Shown in pieces: positions 1-15,251 of a stretch of DNA of 64,000 bases. The DNA is taken from positions 5,580,001 through 5,644,000 of the forward strand of contig CM022667.1 of assembly GCA_012295275.1 (NCBI GenBank), written 5' to 3'. Position numbers and translations under genes: made by a program. Numbering within the stretch: position 1 is the stretch's first letter; every line of letters begins with the position of its first letter. Below the pieces are notes generated by a model, which saw only the letters and a program-made list of their open reading frames with translations, was not told the DNA's origin and made no database searches. This DNA comes from Chrysomallon squamiferum (lineage: Eukaryota; Animalia; Mollusca).

Positions 1-1009
1 AATGCTTATGACATTTTATAGTTTTCTTTGGCCTCAAACACTGTCATCTGTTTTGACCAGTATAAGGCTTCAGTGGATGGAGATATAAAGATTTATTGAC
101 TGTGGTGGCTTCCACACACACATACACACACACAATCAAACACATACACACACACAATCAAACACACACACACATACACACCTAGGGAAAAAAGAAGAAC
201 ATTTAAAAAAAAATTGAACAAAATTTAAATATTTAAGAAAAAAAATATAATAAAATAAAATAAATAAACCTGAAATTGTATAAATCACTGATTATTTCTC
301 TCTTGACAAAAATCAGGATTATGTTTTTTTCTTCTTCTTCTTCTTTTTTCTATAATGTAATTACTTTAGTGATTTTTAAATTGCATTGTCACTTTATTTC
401 TTTTGAAAAAATCCAAACTGAATAATTGCTGTTATTTGTTTTAGAAATAAATTGATAGCACATATTTTTAGCTTAATGAATCCTTTTAAAGAACATGTCG
501 TGTTGTTGCACTCCAAGAAGTCAAGGAATATTTCACTTGATGATAAAGATGATAAGACTGAGGACCATGAACAAGAAGCAGAAATAATAAAATTTGCATA
601 TTCCAATGACCACAGTTCAGACTTTTCACCAGAATCAAGAAAATGTATCTGGAATACAAAATAGGCTTAATACAACAGAAAGGAGAAAACTGATCAAAAG
701 AGTTTCAGCTGACAGGATGTAGATTGTCATTTTTTTCAGAATATCGTCCATGATTTTTTCTCCTTTCAGATCAGCATAAATGATATCTCAAATTATGAAC
801 TGAAAAATTCAAAGATGATTTACAGCCAACAAGAAAATTTAGAGCTGGTGGCAAAATGTTCTAGCACTGACTAAAGTGAAATTTTCATTGCCAGTTTCTA
901 CAAGGAAAAAAATTCTAAAGATCTCATTCTGTTATCCAACATTTTCCTCATAGCTGTCTGACAACATACCAACAGAATAATATTAACATACTATCACTAA
1001 AACAGGTAC

Positions 1010-1196
1010 CTTCGATTGACTTGTCTGATGATGTAGTGCTTTGTTTTCTTCGTCTGAAGAGAAATATAAGTAGGATAACAACAACTACAACAACCAGCAA
1101 ACCGGCACCAACACCACTACCAACTACTACTATCTTAGAAATCCTTGCTTCTTCTGCTGAAAAAAAACAACAAAATAATAATAATAACAACAACAA

Positions 1197-1228
<32 letters not shown>

Positions 1229-1415
1229 GAAAAGACAAAACAGAAATACCCCAAAATGATGTGCAACATTGGTATTAAATTTTAATAAATTATTTGCTTA
1301 AAAAAGATTTTAAAGCTAAGGATTTATCCTTTATTTACATATTTAAAAAATCTTTGTTGCCTATATTTTGTGAATTTCTTTTAATTTTTCTAAAATATTA
1401 CATTTAACACACACA

Positions 1416-1477
<62 letters not shown>

Positions 1478-4400
1478 TTCACATTAATGTCCTGCTAACA
1501 GTAAATTTCAAATTAAAGGACTTTGACTGTAAGTAATAATAATGCATATATCACCCTTCGGTTCGGTAAAATACTTAATTCTGATGAATAAACCAGCATA
1601 TTTCGATGTACAGAATCTATAATCATCTGCCTCTGATTTTCATTTCCTAACCCAGATTTAACTTACACAAAAATATTGTTAATAAAATAATGTAGACATT
1701 TATCCATTTAGATTCATGTTTTAATTTCAGACAGTCCATAATATTCATAGTGACAAAATTAGATTTCATAAAAATAGCTCATCTGAATTGAAAACAGTGC
1801 CATTTATTTATTCAATTTTAATTTTTAGTATTTTACAAGCAGTACTGAACTGACAACATATCGCTTCAAGTAATCAAATGATGGTTTTCATACATCAGTT
1901 TTTATTACATTAAAAACAACACTAATACAAATTTTATTTGTTTCCTATTGTTTATATATTAGTGAAATTTTGGGGTCATAAGTTATATAGTCATATACAT
2001 ATTAATTCATTGTTTGTTGTTGTTGGCATTTGAAGATAATTTGATGTGTATTGTATTATTTATCAAAATGCAAATAACTAATGTTTGTAAGAGACTGGGA
2101 AATAATTTCTAATTCATTGTTTTCTACTGGTTCCTATTAGTATCTGCACAAATGAACTCATATAGAACCTAATAGTAACCACTTCCCCAGACTGTTGAAC
2201 ATGTCTGAATGTATTCAGAAAACTTCAGCCACATACAATAGGGTTGCATATGGCATGTATGTATTTTCCAGGACATGTCTGGATTCACGTGTCAAATTTC
2301 ATGTCTGGGAAGAAATTAAGAAATTCTCCAAAAGTCCAGAATTTCAGCTTCTGTCCAAAAAAAATCTGGTTCTAAATGAGAAAGTCTTTGTTAATGATCT
2401 AACTCCTTTCTCTATGTTTTTCACCTGTATTGACAATGACTATTGTGGCAGTGGTAACGTGGTTATTTAGCCAGCTAGTCTGAATCCAGTCTCAAATCAG
2501 CTCTGACACTTGGCAGTGATTACTTATGGGCTTGTTGGTACATTATTACTTGCTATTTCATGACAGTATTTCCAAATGTAAATATAAATTCACTCCAGAT
2601 ATGCAGAACAAACTCCAGTACTTTAAGAAAGGCAAGGATTAATGGGAAGCAGAGTGTTTGGTGTGCAAATCAAGAATTTATATCTCTATAGCATATAGAG
2701 GTAATGATAATTTACACTACACACACATGTGAACCTGAAAGCAATGCCAGAAGGGAAGTGTATCAATGAAATTGATGAATTATTTTGTCATAACAAATAT
2801 ATAAAATGCCAAAGGCCCAAAGTGTTTGTTGGGGAAAGTCATGGAGGGTCGTGTTGACTGTCAGTAGAGGTGTCCTAGATTTTGACTATTCAGATATGCC
2901 AACCCTATCTTACGTTCAATCGAATACCTCAGCCATATCTGTCTTAGGCCTCTGAGGTTTTCTGAAATTACATTGTGTTGAAAAGTTTTCATTTCTTACA
3001 GAATACACTGAGTTTACTATACCAAACGTGCAAATATCACTGCAAACGACATCATCTAAAGTTGTCATTGCCTGTGCAATTCAGAAATTCATTATAACAC
3101 ATCTCTTAACAGGTGACCAATCAGCAACTGAATTTTTGTTCGTCTTTTAGAATGAGCCTACATCCAGTCAATATATGTATTGCAATTATGTTGTAGGTCG
3201 CAAATATCATTTTGGTATAATAGCCCTTTATTCATTCCAAAAAGGAAATTTGGTAAAATATTGCAGATGTTTCATTTGATGGGTCCCTTAACAACAACAT
3301 AATAATTTAATTACAACCGTTTTTAGTAAAACTAAAACAGGTTCTGTTTCCTTCTTTTGCAATGTTAGTATAGTTTTTATGATATGCTAACACATTTTTA
3401 AAATGGAATTTAAGTTACAAAAAATAAAAATGGAAATAAAAAAAGAAACGAAATTCAGTCATGGGCCATTGAAAACTTGTACAGGCAAATCAAATTATAG
3501 CTATGAGTGGCCTGATCAGCCTATCAAAAAAAAAAAAAAAGTCATAGTGCATACACTGCATTTAGCAGTATTCATTCCAGTCATATACCTCAAAAATGTA
3601 CAATGTAGGCTTGTCTCCCAACTCACCAAAATTAAGGTAAAGTGGATGAAGATGTATTGTCATGATTAGTGAAACATGGTGTATTCTTGCAATTTTGCAA
3701 AGCAAATCTGTTAGCACTTACAACTGTTCAAAGATTAAAACTGCATTTACATCAAGCTTACATAATCTATTCAGTGCCAGACATGGTCTCTTACATTCAT
3801 AATTCTTTTGTTCATTACTATCATAATTTTCATGCTGTTAACATTGCCTTTGGGAAAGACTTAACTAATTGTTTGCAACACTGCAGTTTAGTTTAAATAC
3901 ATGGGATGCAAATCCCATATCTATCATGGAGGAAATAAAATACAGCTTATAAATTGAAAGAGAAAACCGATCTTATTTTTTTCTTCCAATAATTGCCATG
4001 TCTATGGTTAGACATTAAATTATTTAGAAATTATTATTTCATTTAATCTGTTCTAGAACTACCAGATAAAGAAATAGGCATTGCAATATGCAAAAAAAAA
4101 AACCCACAAAAAACACTGAAAACCGAACCAACCCCCCCCTAAAAAAAAACACAACAAAAAAGAAAACAAAAGTGCTACACTCTAATAGTAAATCTAAAAA
4201 ATGTTCATAATAATATTTATATGGCGCTAAATACAGTCAATAAACTGTTCATTATTTTCTAGTTTGGTGATGTAAGGGCATTCATGATAAAACAGGGGAT
4301 CAGTTACCATCAGTTATATTTAATAATCTTTGATTTGTGAAGTATTCTCATTTTTAATTGCACTGCTTCTTCAGGTGACATAGAATATTGATGAGTCAAT

Positions 4401-5908
4401 GAAAAATATAAATATATCAGTGATAAAACAGTTTTTAAAAAGTAATTGACAAATATGATAATGTTGACCAACTCATCTAGTTATAAATTAACAATATATT
4501 CTTATCTAATGTACATTGGCCTATAAATTGAATACTACATGGTTGTATGTTTAGAAGATTTACTGATAATTTTGTAGATATAAACTATAAAAAAGAAGAA
4601 ACAAACAAACAAAAGTGAATTTTAAGCATTGTATATGACAGTTGTCTAGGTGCCTTAAAAACCAGGAACAAAATGATGTTAACAGTTGTGTCCCATAGCT
4701 ACAAGTTAGTCCTAGAACATCAAAACTCCACAGGAGATGCCTTGCACAATCTTGAGACTGCTTTATATTTTACCAAATGTAAGAATGCACAGCTCATTCT
4801 TAATATATCTAAATTGGTTCACTGCTTCCTAACAACTCACTGTGTGGATGCATATATATGTATGTGAATGTATAAGAAGAAAATATCTTGAATTGAGAAA
4901 TGAATAATATTTGTGATTGACAAACAATTAATAAACATAATATTCTGTCTGGATTGTAGATTTTAAATAAGACAGATTTACATTTAATGAAACCTAGCAA
5001 AAGAATTTTCAGCTTTAAAAATCAAGTGTCACTGACTGATATATTCTGAGAAATTTAAGCCACATGCTGTTCACATTTCTTACATATCAAATTTACAGAT
5101 TACTATTTTTTTCCAAAGCATAGACAGTGATAATCTCATCCATATTTCTTTTAAAAATTTGAAAATTACAACATTTTTTACATTAATATTAACTTTTGTT
5201 AAACAAAGAAATAAATAAAGAAACTGTTAAACAAAAGAATATTGTTGACTTTCATATTTGGTCACAATATTCTATTTCTTAGTAAAAGTTTTGAATCTAA
5301 TGAAATTGTGTATGAGCAAAATATCTAAAGAAACTTTTTATTTAAAGCTTTTTACCCTCTGTCCATATTTCGTAGTTCTTGGTAAACTCTTTGAATCCAA
5401 ATTTGTTAAAAGCCAAAACTCGAATCAGATATCTGGTGTTTGGTTGTAAACTAGAAATCTCTGCTGTGTGATTTGTGTGAATACCTTTTTCACCAAACTG
5501 TTCAGTGAGATTTGTCCACTCAGATGTTGTGTCTGCTCGATACTGTACAAGAAATGTTTGTTGTGATCCTCCATTAAATTCTTCTGTCCAAGACAGTGAC
5601 ACTGAATGTGGACCAGTGATCCATGTTCTCACGTCAGAGGGAACAGTTGGAGGACCTTCAAATTAAACATTTTATCACTGGTTTGATGAAAATACTCAAA
5701 GATTATAAATAAAGGATTTATCTCAATATAACTGATACATGAACATTTAAACGTTTTACAAACTGTAGTTATACTTCAGTTGAAATTAAATCTTTATCTA
5801 GAAATCTAAAACAAAAATCATTTTAGTTCATCTCATATTAGTAGGAAAGTGTTACTTGAACTTTCAAATCAGATTGATTTATCTAAGAAAACAGCTAAAA
5901 GTTACAAA

Positions 5909-5971
<63 letters not shown>

Positions 5972-6024
5972 GTAACGATGAAGAAGAATTTCATGAAAGA
6001 TAGAAATATTACATACTGTGTGTG

Positions 6025-6094
<70 letters not shown>

Positions 6095-9000
6095 TTTTTT
6101 TATGTGTGTGAATGTAATAGATAAACAATAACCGTTGTTTCCTATTCTATAAATGTTAGTATTTAATGTTTTTATAGAAAGTAGTTCCTAAGAATAATAG
6201 GAGGGGTGTAAGTGCTAGTAAGATAGGTTAAGACGACTATATCCTATTGGGAGCTTTTGTTAACACTGGGAACTGTATGGTCATGTGACATTTAAGTGGG
6301 AACGCTCTCACAGAGCAAGGAATCCACACTGGCTCTTGACATGACAAGACATTAAATAATTGTTATTGAAGGCAACCATTTTTGTATTTGGTTAACAGTG
6401 TGTCATTATATGTAGTACAGATCAGCTGAGATTAGTAATTAATCTACGTTTATTGCATTCATTTTGTTTACTAAAAAGAATACTTAAGTTATTAATATAT
6501 TAAAGATGAGACAATAATATATTCTGCTGCCAGATTTTACCTTGTGGACTTTCATTTATTTTGAATATGCTAGCACACAATGTAATAAATGTCTTGGTGT
6601 AACTTTAAGTAACAGTGGTTACAGCTTATAATAATTAATTTGATCTGTGTTAGTTTTTACATGAAAATATTTTTAAAAACAAACATGATAGATACACGGA
6701 GAATTTTCTTACTAAACACAGCTGACACATTTCTTATTTCTGCTCAGATGGAACACTGGTTGTGTGTAGTAAATGTTAATGACATCACTACTTACAATAC
6801 TGCATATGTTTTATAATTAAGTGTAATTGTTTATTTACATGAACTGGTATTTGTATCTTTATGATAGCTGTTATTCTTTTTTTTTAATATAAATAACAAT
6901 TACAGGAATTTCATGCATATACATATTTAAAAGGCTTATGGTTCAGTTATTATTAATGTCACATATGTGTATACAAGATTTTTATAGAGACTTGTATTCA
7001 ATGTAATTAGTTCTAGTTAACATAAGCGGTAGGAATGATTACAGACAGATGTACTGTATTAGTATTAGTATGCCAGGTGTCCAAGTGACCGAAATAGATA
7101 AACACACACATTAATCTAGTGTCATCTAGGTGTTAATGTATTCCTAAAAAAGACAACAGAACCCCTATTATTACACAAACAGTGGGCTTAAAATTCCAAC
7201 CTGAAGTTAACTGCTTTTGTTAAAGATGATTTTTAACACATGGGATTAGGAGAAACGTATATTAATCAGCACTGAATGAACTAACATACATTCTTAAGTG
7301 ATTTAATGAGCACCAAATATTTGTAGATTATTTCATTAGTATCAGACTGAGTGGGACTATATTAATGACATTATGTTTCATATTATGTTACTTCCACTTA
7401 ACTATATAATTATGATATCATGAAGTCTGTATGTAGGGAATATTGAATTGTAGCAGTTTTACCCATAGATAGCTCCTCCCAGAAGCCATGTTTAATGAAC
7501 TGTGATAGTTGACATTAATATTAGATATTTGATCATATTTGTTTTGAATATATTTGTTTATAATTATTTTCTTTTTATCTAAACACCAGGGTTATTAGTT
7601 TCGTTTTTGTTTTTGTTTAATTTGTTCTGATTTTACAACTGTAGAATCTTTATTATGCTTTGTATTAATTAAATACATGGTCAGTTTGTCCTCCTTGGAG
7701 ATGCCAGTATTACAGTATACTTTAATATTTCTGTATCATGGATTACCTAGTATTAAAGCTCTGTGGTTTGAAACCCTGTCTTGGTTGTTTGTTGATAGGA
7801 CAGTGATTTTATATAGTGATGAACTAGTGAGTTGCACATGTTTACATATATTATCATCTCATGTAATCTGCACCCATGTTACACACACAAACATAAACAT
7901 CATTATGACTTAGTAACAAACATTTTTACATAGAACTATATTTTTCCTTTGTTATTATTATTTTTATTATTGTTGTTGTTGTTTCTTTCTTTTCCTAGAC
8001 CAATGTGCAGACAATTTAAAATACTTCCACTCTCAATTTATAATAAAATAAGAACTTGTAATTACCTTTTGCAGTGAGATTTAATTTTATCAAAAGTTGT
8101 GTTCTTTGTCTTCCATTTGACACAACAACCTGATAGATTCCAAAATCTTCTTGTTTAACATTTGTCAGTTTATATTCACCTACAGCAGACACATTTGTAG
8201 TGTTTACAGGTTGTGTAGATACAAGACTTTTATTGTTTACATCTGTGAGTTTATACCAGGTAAATGTTGGAACTGGATTGGCAATCACAGAAATGTGTAG
8301 AGTTACATTTCCACCTTCTACAGCAGCAAATTTGTCCTGAAATGAAACTCGATGATCAAGTCTTGGTGAACCTGTAGAGAATATAATTAATATTTAAAAC
8401 AGAAAATGGAAAAAAAAGACAGGTATTGTGAGGAAAGACATAAGGAATATTTGTTTATATAAAATTAATTCAACCTTTGAAAACACAAGTCATGCTATAC
8501 TGCACACTGCCGTAACAAAATGGTATAGTGGAAAAAAACACCAAGTCATATAATAGCTGAAAAGGTAAAAGTAAAATACAAATCCCTCCTAAATCAAAAT
8601 AGAACTGTATGTAAATTACAAATCCAAGGTGATAATGTGAACTGTAAAAAAATACTAAAAACATCATAGACATAAGTTAATTACAACATTTATTAACTTC
8701 AGGATATAAAGCTATAGACACATTAAACTGTTTTTTTTTCATATCATATATGTTAAATGCATCTACTGATGTGAGAGTTAGGAAACAATTAATAAGAATT
8801 ACTGTCTGTGAATGTGTTATGTTATAAATGTCAAATATTTTTATTTTTTTATTTTGTATTTTGAAAAACTGTACATGAACTGGACATGATGTAAATTATG
8901 AGACTGCATATCCCTCTTCTACACAATATCTCATTTTGCAAATCAGTTAAGAAAAAAAAAAAAAAAAAAAGTGTATATGTTTGTACACTATTTGAAGAAA

Positions 9001-12000
9001 AGATTTGTATATGTTAGTACACTATTTGAAGAAAAGTAAACATTTTTTTAAAAACATTTCATAAAATTTTATTATAAAATATGCTTATAAATTCTACATA
9101 GAACATGGATTATTTTATTAACAAAAGTTAACATATTTAGCTTACTGAACATTAGAAAGTAATGGTGATATAATGTGATTGTACATTTTAATATTTATGA
9201 ATATTGCATTGATTATGAATTGACTAACCACCAAAACTGATACTGGATTAATTCCAGTTACCTCAATTACAGATTATATTTTATTTAGTTATGTCTGAAC
9301 AAGACGTTAAAGTGTCTTACTTTATGTAATAGTTTGCATTAAGTTACATTTTAGAATCAGGCACTACATGCACTTTCTTCACTATTTATTATGTAACAAC
9401 AAACCAGTTGATAAAACTAAGATTTAAATATTCTAAACTGACTAAAGTGATAAATCTTTCTGTTATGCCTAAAATATTATATATTTTTAATTTTCAACTT
9501 TTTAATTCCTGACTCAATGAAAGTGAATTTAGTTGGTTCACATGACAATGTTGTTTTGTTTTTTGTTTCTGATAAATGTTTTCAAAATTCAAATCTGACT
9601 ATCCTTTAAATACTCAAAATAAACATGTATTATTAAATATAAACACTGACATACATGTAACAACGAGCTGCACACTTTGACTGACATCAGACTTGATGTT
9701 GTTTCCTGCTTCACAAGTGTAAAATCCTGTATCCAGACATCCAGCTTCATTCCAGCTGTACTCCACTGACTTGGAGTTTTTCACTTCACGTAGAATGTGT
9801 GAGTTGTTTAACAGTTTGATGTGAGATGCTGGATTACTGTCAACTTCACATCTCAGAGACACAGGAGTCAGTTCATCAACTGTTATCTTTGTAGACTTTG
9901 AGTTTAAAGTGAAATAAGTTACTGAAGTCTGATCTGTAACATGTAAAAATAAAATGAAAGATTATTCTAAACAAAGTTTACCATTAAATTCCAACTAAGC
10001 TGACATGGCAAAGTAATCAACTTTTATTCATATCCTATATTAATACAGTATAACATAACAGTATGTATATTTATCACAACACTCAATTAAATAAAGAAAT
10101 AAATAAAAAGCACTTAATATATTTGAAAATACAAGTTCAGTTTAGATCTCTCTTTCCCCTTCTTTGTGTGGGGGAGGGAGGGAAGGTGAAAGAAAGAATG
10201 AGTGTGTATGTGTGCTAACTACTACTGTCTAACAGTACTATCTCTGCCACTAAAAACAAAGGTAAATTTAGAGCATTACCTAACCATAATTTATACCTAT
10301 ATAAATTTATTATGAGCTAATTTTATATATACCTGCAACACAGTTAGAATTACAAATCATACGGCACATGATATTGACTATGCAGGTACAACAAATTACT
10401 CTCTGCATCCTACAAGCCAAACTAAGATGTAATATTATGGAAATTATGACCGACTCACTGCATTTCAACAGCTGAAAAACAGCCAGTGATGAGTGCTTCT
10501 TTAGTATCACAGGGAGAGAGTGTATACAGAATATGTAAAACAAACAAAAGACAGAATATGAATTGCAAATAACACAGAATATGAAACAGAGGCAAGTTGC
10601 AGATTACATACACTGTTTCAGTCAAGTTACTTATGACTGCTAACAAAATTTACAGATGCATAGCTAGAGGAGATGGAGATGAACATATTTAATGTAGCCA
10701 CTTTCACATAGACGTTGCTAGAGTATAAGCATCTAATGGCAAGCAGACAACCACAGCAGTCATCAAGAGCTCCATTTTCTATTTTTTTTTTTTTTTTTTT
10801 TTTAACTTTAAACCTTTTGATCTCTATACCATATATTTTGGTTTTATTGATACTATGAAGCAATAGTAAACTTTGTTCTGATTTTGACTGTACGAGAAGT
10901 GTTACTAATTATAAAGCAGTCAACAAAAATAATTAACAGACAACTTTATGAAAAGTGATATTAAATTAGATTGTTCATTCAATTGAGAACTGATATAATT
11001 ATTTTTATGTCAGCTGGTTCTTACTAACTGTTACCCTGATATGCTAACTACAAACTTTCAGTGTAAAATAAATATATTCTACATGTGCTCAAAGCTTCTA
11101 TTATTATTGTTCTTATTGTTCTATATGTTACAAGAAGATAGTGACTTACACTGAACATCCAAGGTAACAGTTTTGTTTTTTGACTTGTTTGTGTTTACAT
11201 TGGTGACAATACACACACAAACTCCAGCCTCTGTTCTGTGTATTTGTGTAAAAGAAAGTACAGCATCATTTATTTCCTTTGTCTGACACTTCCACTTGTA
11301 AGAGCAGACTTCATCACAGTCTGCCTCACACAAAACAGCCACGTTTTTACCTTCTACTATCTGTACTGGTGAACTTCTGTTCAGTTTAATGTTTTCTGGA
11401 CCATCTGAAAATGAAAATAAAATGTTTTCTGTATTAAAACTGTAGTAATGCACATCCATGTGTATCTGTGTCTCTGTTAATGAAGAAGGGAGAAATATTT
11501 TATTTAAGGTTTACCCTGACAAAGAAAGGACAAACAACAGTCTTTGAACAATCATTCATAAATTACTGCCTAGGAATGGATATGACACAATGGAAGTACC
11601 AAGTAAGTCTATACCTAGAAACTATAACATGTAAACATTTTGTGTACTTCCAAGAGATTGATCTGTGTTTTATTTGAAACTGAATTTTAATTAACAACAA
11701 AGTAAAATACCAAATGTAACCAGGTTCCAAATACCTGAAAGTTATGTTCTTTATAGCACTGAAAGCATTGACTACAAAGTGGACAAATTCTAATGTTCTT
11801 AAAAAAATGTTTTGTTTACATTGCAATATGTCATCAAATATATCTATAAGGAATTGTAGGCATTTCTGAACAAAGTTATTTATTATTATCCAGTTCTCTA
11901 ACAATCCTCTTTTAGTACAAAAATAAATTATAAAAACAAAATATTGCTGCTTCTACATACAACCTTGAATTTTTGAATTAATAATAGGACATTACCTCTA

Positions 12001-15000
12001 ACCCATAACCACTACTTCTATGAATATAAATAATAGTAATAATATAAAATAATTTGACAACATTGAAAAAAACTAAATATATATATATAATAATAATTTG
12101 ACAACATTGAAAAAAACTAAATATATATATATAATAATAATTTAGATCATTTATAAATAAATAAATTTCTAAGATTATTTTTAAACAAAACTCACAGTGT
12201 ACTTTGAGAGTGAAACTTTTAGTGAGAGATTTGGCTGAGACTCTGTTAGTCACAGTACATGTGTACTTCTGTCCTGTTTGGTTTCTTCTCACATTTGTAA
12301 CACTGAGCTCAGACCCTGACTCAGTCTGTTGATTGTTAAGAGACCAGGAAAACAAACATGGCGGCTTGCAGACAGCAGCACAGTTTACATTCAAATCATC
12401 TCCTTCTTCAATTTTTCCTGGTAAACTAAACACAACACTGTCTGGTCCACCTAAAAATAAAATAAAATAAAATAAATAAATAAATAATATAAATAATATA
12501 AACATAAACATAAACATGCACACTAAATACAGCACAGTCTCATCCACCTCAAATGGATTCTTTACTTACAACTTCTTGTAATCTAAGCATGTTTATATAT
12601 AAGATTCACTAATTTAAAATATTTCATCTTTTTTGCTACAAGTATCACTACAGCAGCATTACTCAAATTGTTATAAAAATATAATTATTTACTTACTGCT
12701 CATTTCTAATCTCAGTGTGTTATTGGACATTCCACCAGTATTCAGTTTACAAAACCAGTCTGTGACATCCTGATCTGAAGCTTTGTTAATTGTCAGAGAA
12801 TACTTCTTAGTGGTTGACAGTCTGCTGTTTGTCCCATCTCCACACTCTACAGAATAACTCTGTCTGTCAGCTGGAGAACTCCACACAGAACAGTTGCCTG
12901 AGTTCTGTCTCAGTGAACCAATACTAGAACTGGCATCATCTTTATAAAATATTATTAAGTCATCAAGATTTTCAGCACCTGACACTGTACAAATCAGAGT
13001 AAACTGTTTGTCTTTGACTAAATGAGATGAAGATCCAGACAAAGTCAGTGAAACACAATCTGTAAAGTAAAATATGAAATTTGATTTGTTTCTTAAATAA
13101 AATTGTATTCATTTATTCAACTTTTATTTTTATCTTTATTATTTTTTTATTATGCAATCTGCAAAGATGAGTGTTAACTTTAAGAGTTCCTTTAAAAGTT
13201 ACAGTTCTCTTCATATATTACAAATAATAAGTTAAATGTTTAGAAAATACAGAACATGCACTATATGTTATATTTAAAAGCAACTATTTACATTATAAAA
13301 TAGAATGAATTTATGTTTTATTTAATGTTGCAGTGAACACATTTTAATTAATGTTTACATGGAATAACAGCCATTAAAGATAATACAGATATATTTGGGT
13401 TAACCAGCTGGAAACAACCCATTTCATTTAAGATCTAAAACACTTTTAGATAAAGTGATAATTGTGTTTTAGTCTTCATAAACTAAATAGGTAATTAGGC
13501 TAGTTCATTTAAAAGTTGGAAGTATCTATAAAAAAATAGCTCCAATTTTCCTGAAAGCCTTCGTTCAGTGCATGTGAAACATTTCCTTTATAAAGCAACC
13601 CTTCTGTCAATAGTTCTGATAATTAGTATTTAAATAATTTAATTTCTAGAATAATTTCAGTCATCAGTTAAAATAGCAAGAGGGATGAGCAAACATTTCA
13701 CTTAGTATTACTGATAAATGATACCATAAATTTTGAAAGCAAATATCAACAGTTGAAAATAATCAAATGAATTTATGTTTGATATAAATGTGAATAAGGA
13801 GAAAGCAGATATCAAGAGAGGTAAAATTTGCAGTCATGCAGTAGGATACTATTTTTATATGTACCACAGACAAGGAAGTACAAACTATGACTTTCTCTCA
13901 CTGATCTAAAATAAGACATTGCACAAGTGTTCTACCTGCACATTCAATAAGGAAGGACCTACACTTTTAAATGGCTAATTAACTTTAAAATAATGATATC
14001 AAAGAAAGATTGTTCATGTCTGACAAATGAGAGCTTTTGCTTGATTTTCCCCCCCCCAATATTTCATGTTATAGTTTGTTTTAAATATACTTTTGAACAA
14101 CTTCACTATCTGTAACATTGAGGGATTGAGGTTCATATTTCATATACACTGCAAATTGTTCATAACTATTTTATTAACACTGGTATCATTTTTTATAAAT
14201 TTACTAACATGATTACATTCATCAAAAGGAATATATAGCTTTTGGGAAAAAATGCACTTATTACAATTATAAATTTTATTATAAATTTTTAAAGAAATCC
14301 GAAAAATTACTGAATTATTTTTAATATTGTACAATACAAAGAGAACCTAACATGACGAGATATATTAAAATTGTTAGATAACTACTTTGTATTGCCAGTG
14401 AATATATTTACCTCTAGACTGTATACAGTCATAATAAAATAACAAGTGAATTATTTCTTTTCTGCACTTATTATAAACCTCATTAAAAGTTAATAATAAT
14501 AACAATAATAATAATAATAAATGATTTTCATTTCTAAGACATTAAATGTATTTAAATATTAACTTACTGAAGAATACTGATATAAATTTAAAACATTTTT
14601 ATGAATTACAATATGATAGAAATATACAGCATTTCAGTGAACACAACTCTGGTAAAATAAAGATAAATAATGAGTGAACTATTTCTTTCAGTATGGTTAT
14701 CTTTGTTAAAGATCAATATATATATATATTATTACTTATGTATTTTAAAGAAGTTTTATTTTTAACAGTTAAAAAGATATCATTTATTTAATATTCAAAA
14801 CTAATAACTGTATAATACTAATTATAATGTATTTAGTTAAATCTTTTTTACAAAGAGAAATCCATATATAATTATGTATTCCAAATTAAAATGTGAACAC
14901 AATTATGGTTGATCATCAACAGATATTCATAAATTCTACCAAAATAATGATATCGAGCACAACATCAGTAAATGTATGTAACACTTTAACGACAGAGAAA

Positions 15001-15220
15001 CACGTGTTTTGCGTATGACACAGATCAAATCAGATTTTAATGTTTTGTTAATTATTTTAAATAAAGAATATAGTAAATATTGAGTAATTGTTCTAAATGT
15101 TAAAATATAATTCCATTCATTAAAACATAAAAAAAAATAACAGGAAAAGGAATGTGTAATTATCAGTCAGAATAGAAGTAAAATAATTTTCAGTTGAAAA
15201 CCAATCAAGATTGAATGTTG

Positions 15221-15251
<31 letters not shown>

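Noticed and set aside
394-664. Overlapping 70-aa ORFs on both strands
   Set aside because: No recognisable domain. The minus ORF is out of phase with the gene A TM exon, and the plus ORF may be a decayed repeat but cannot be supported.
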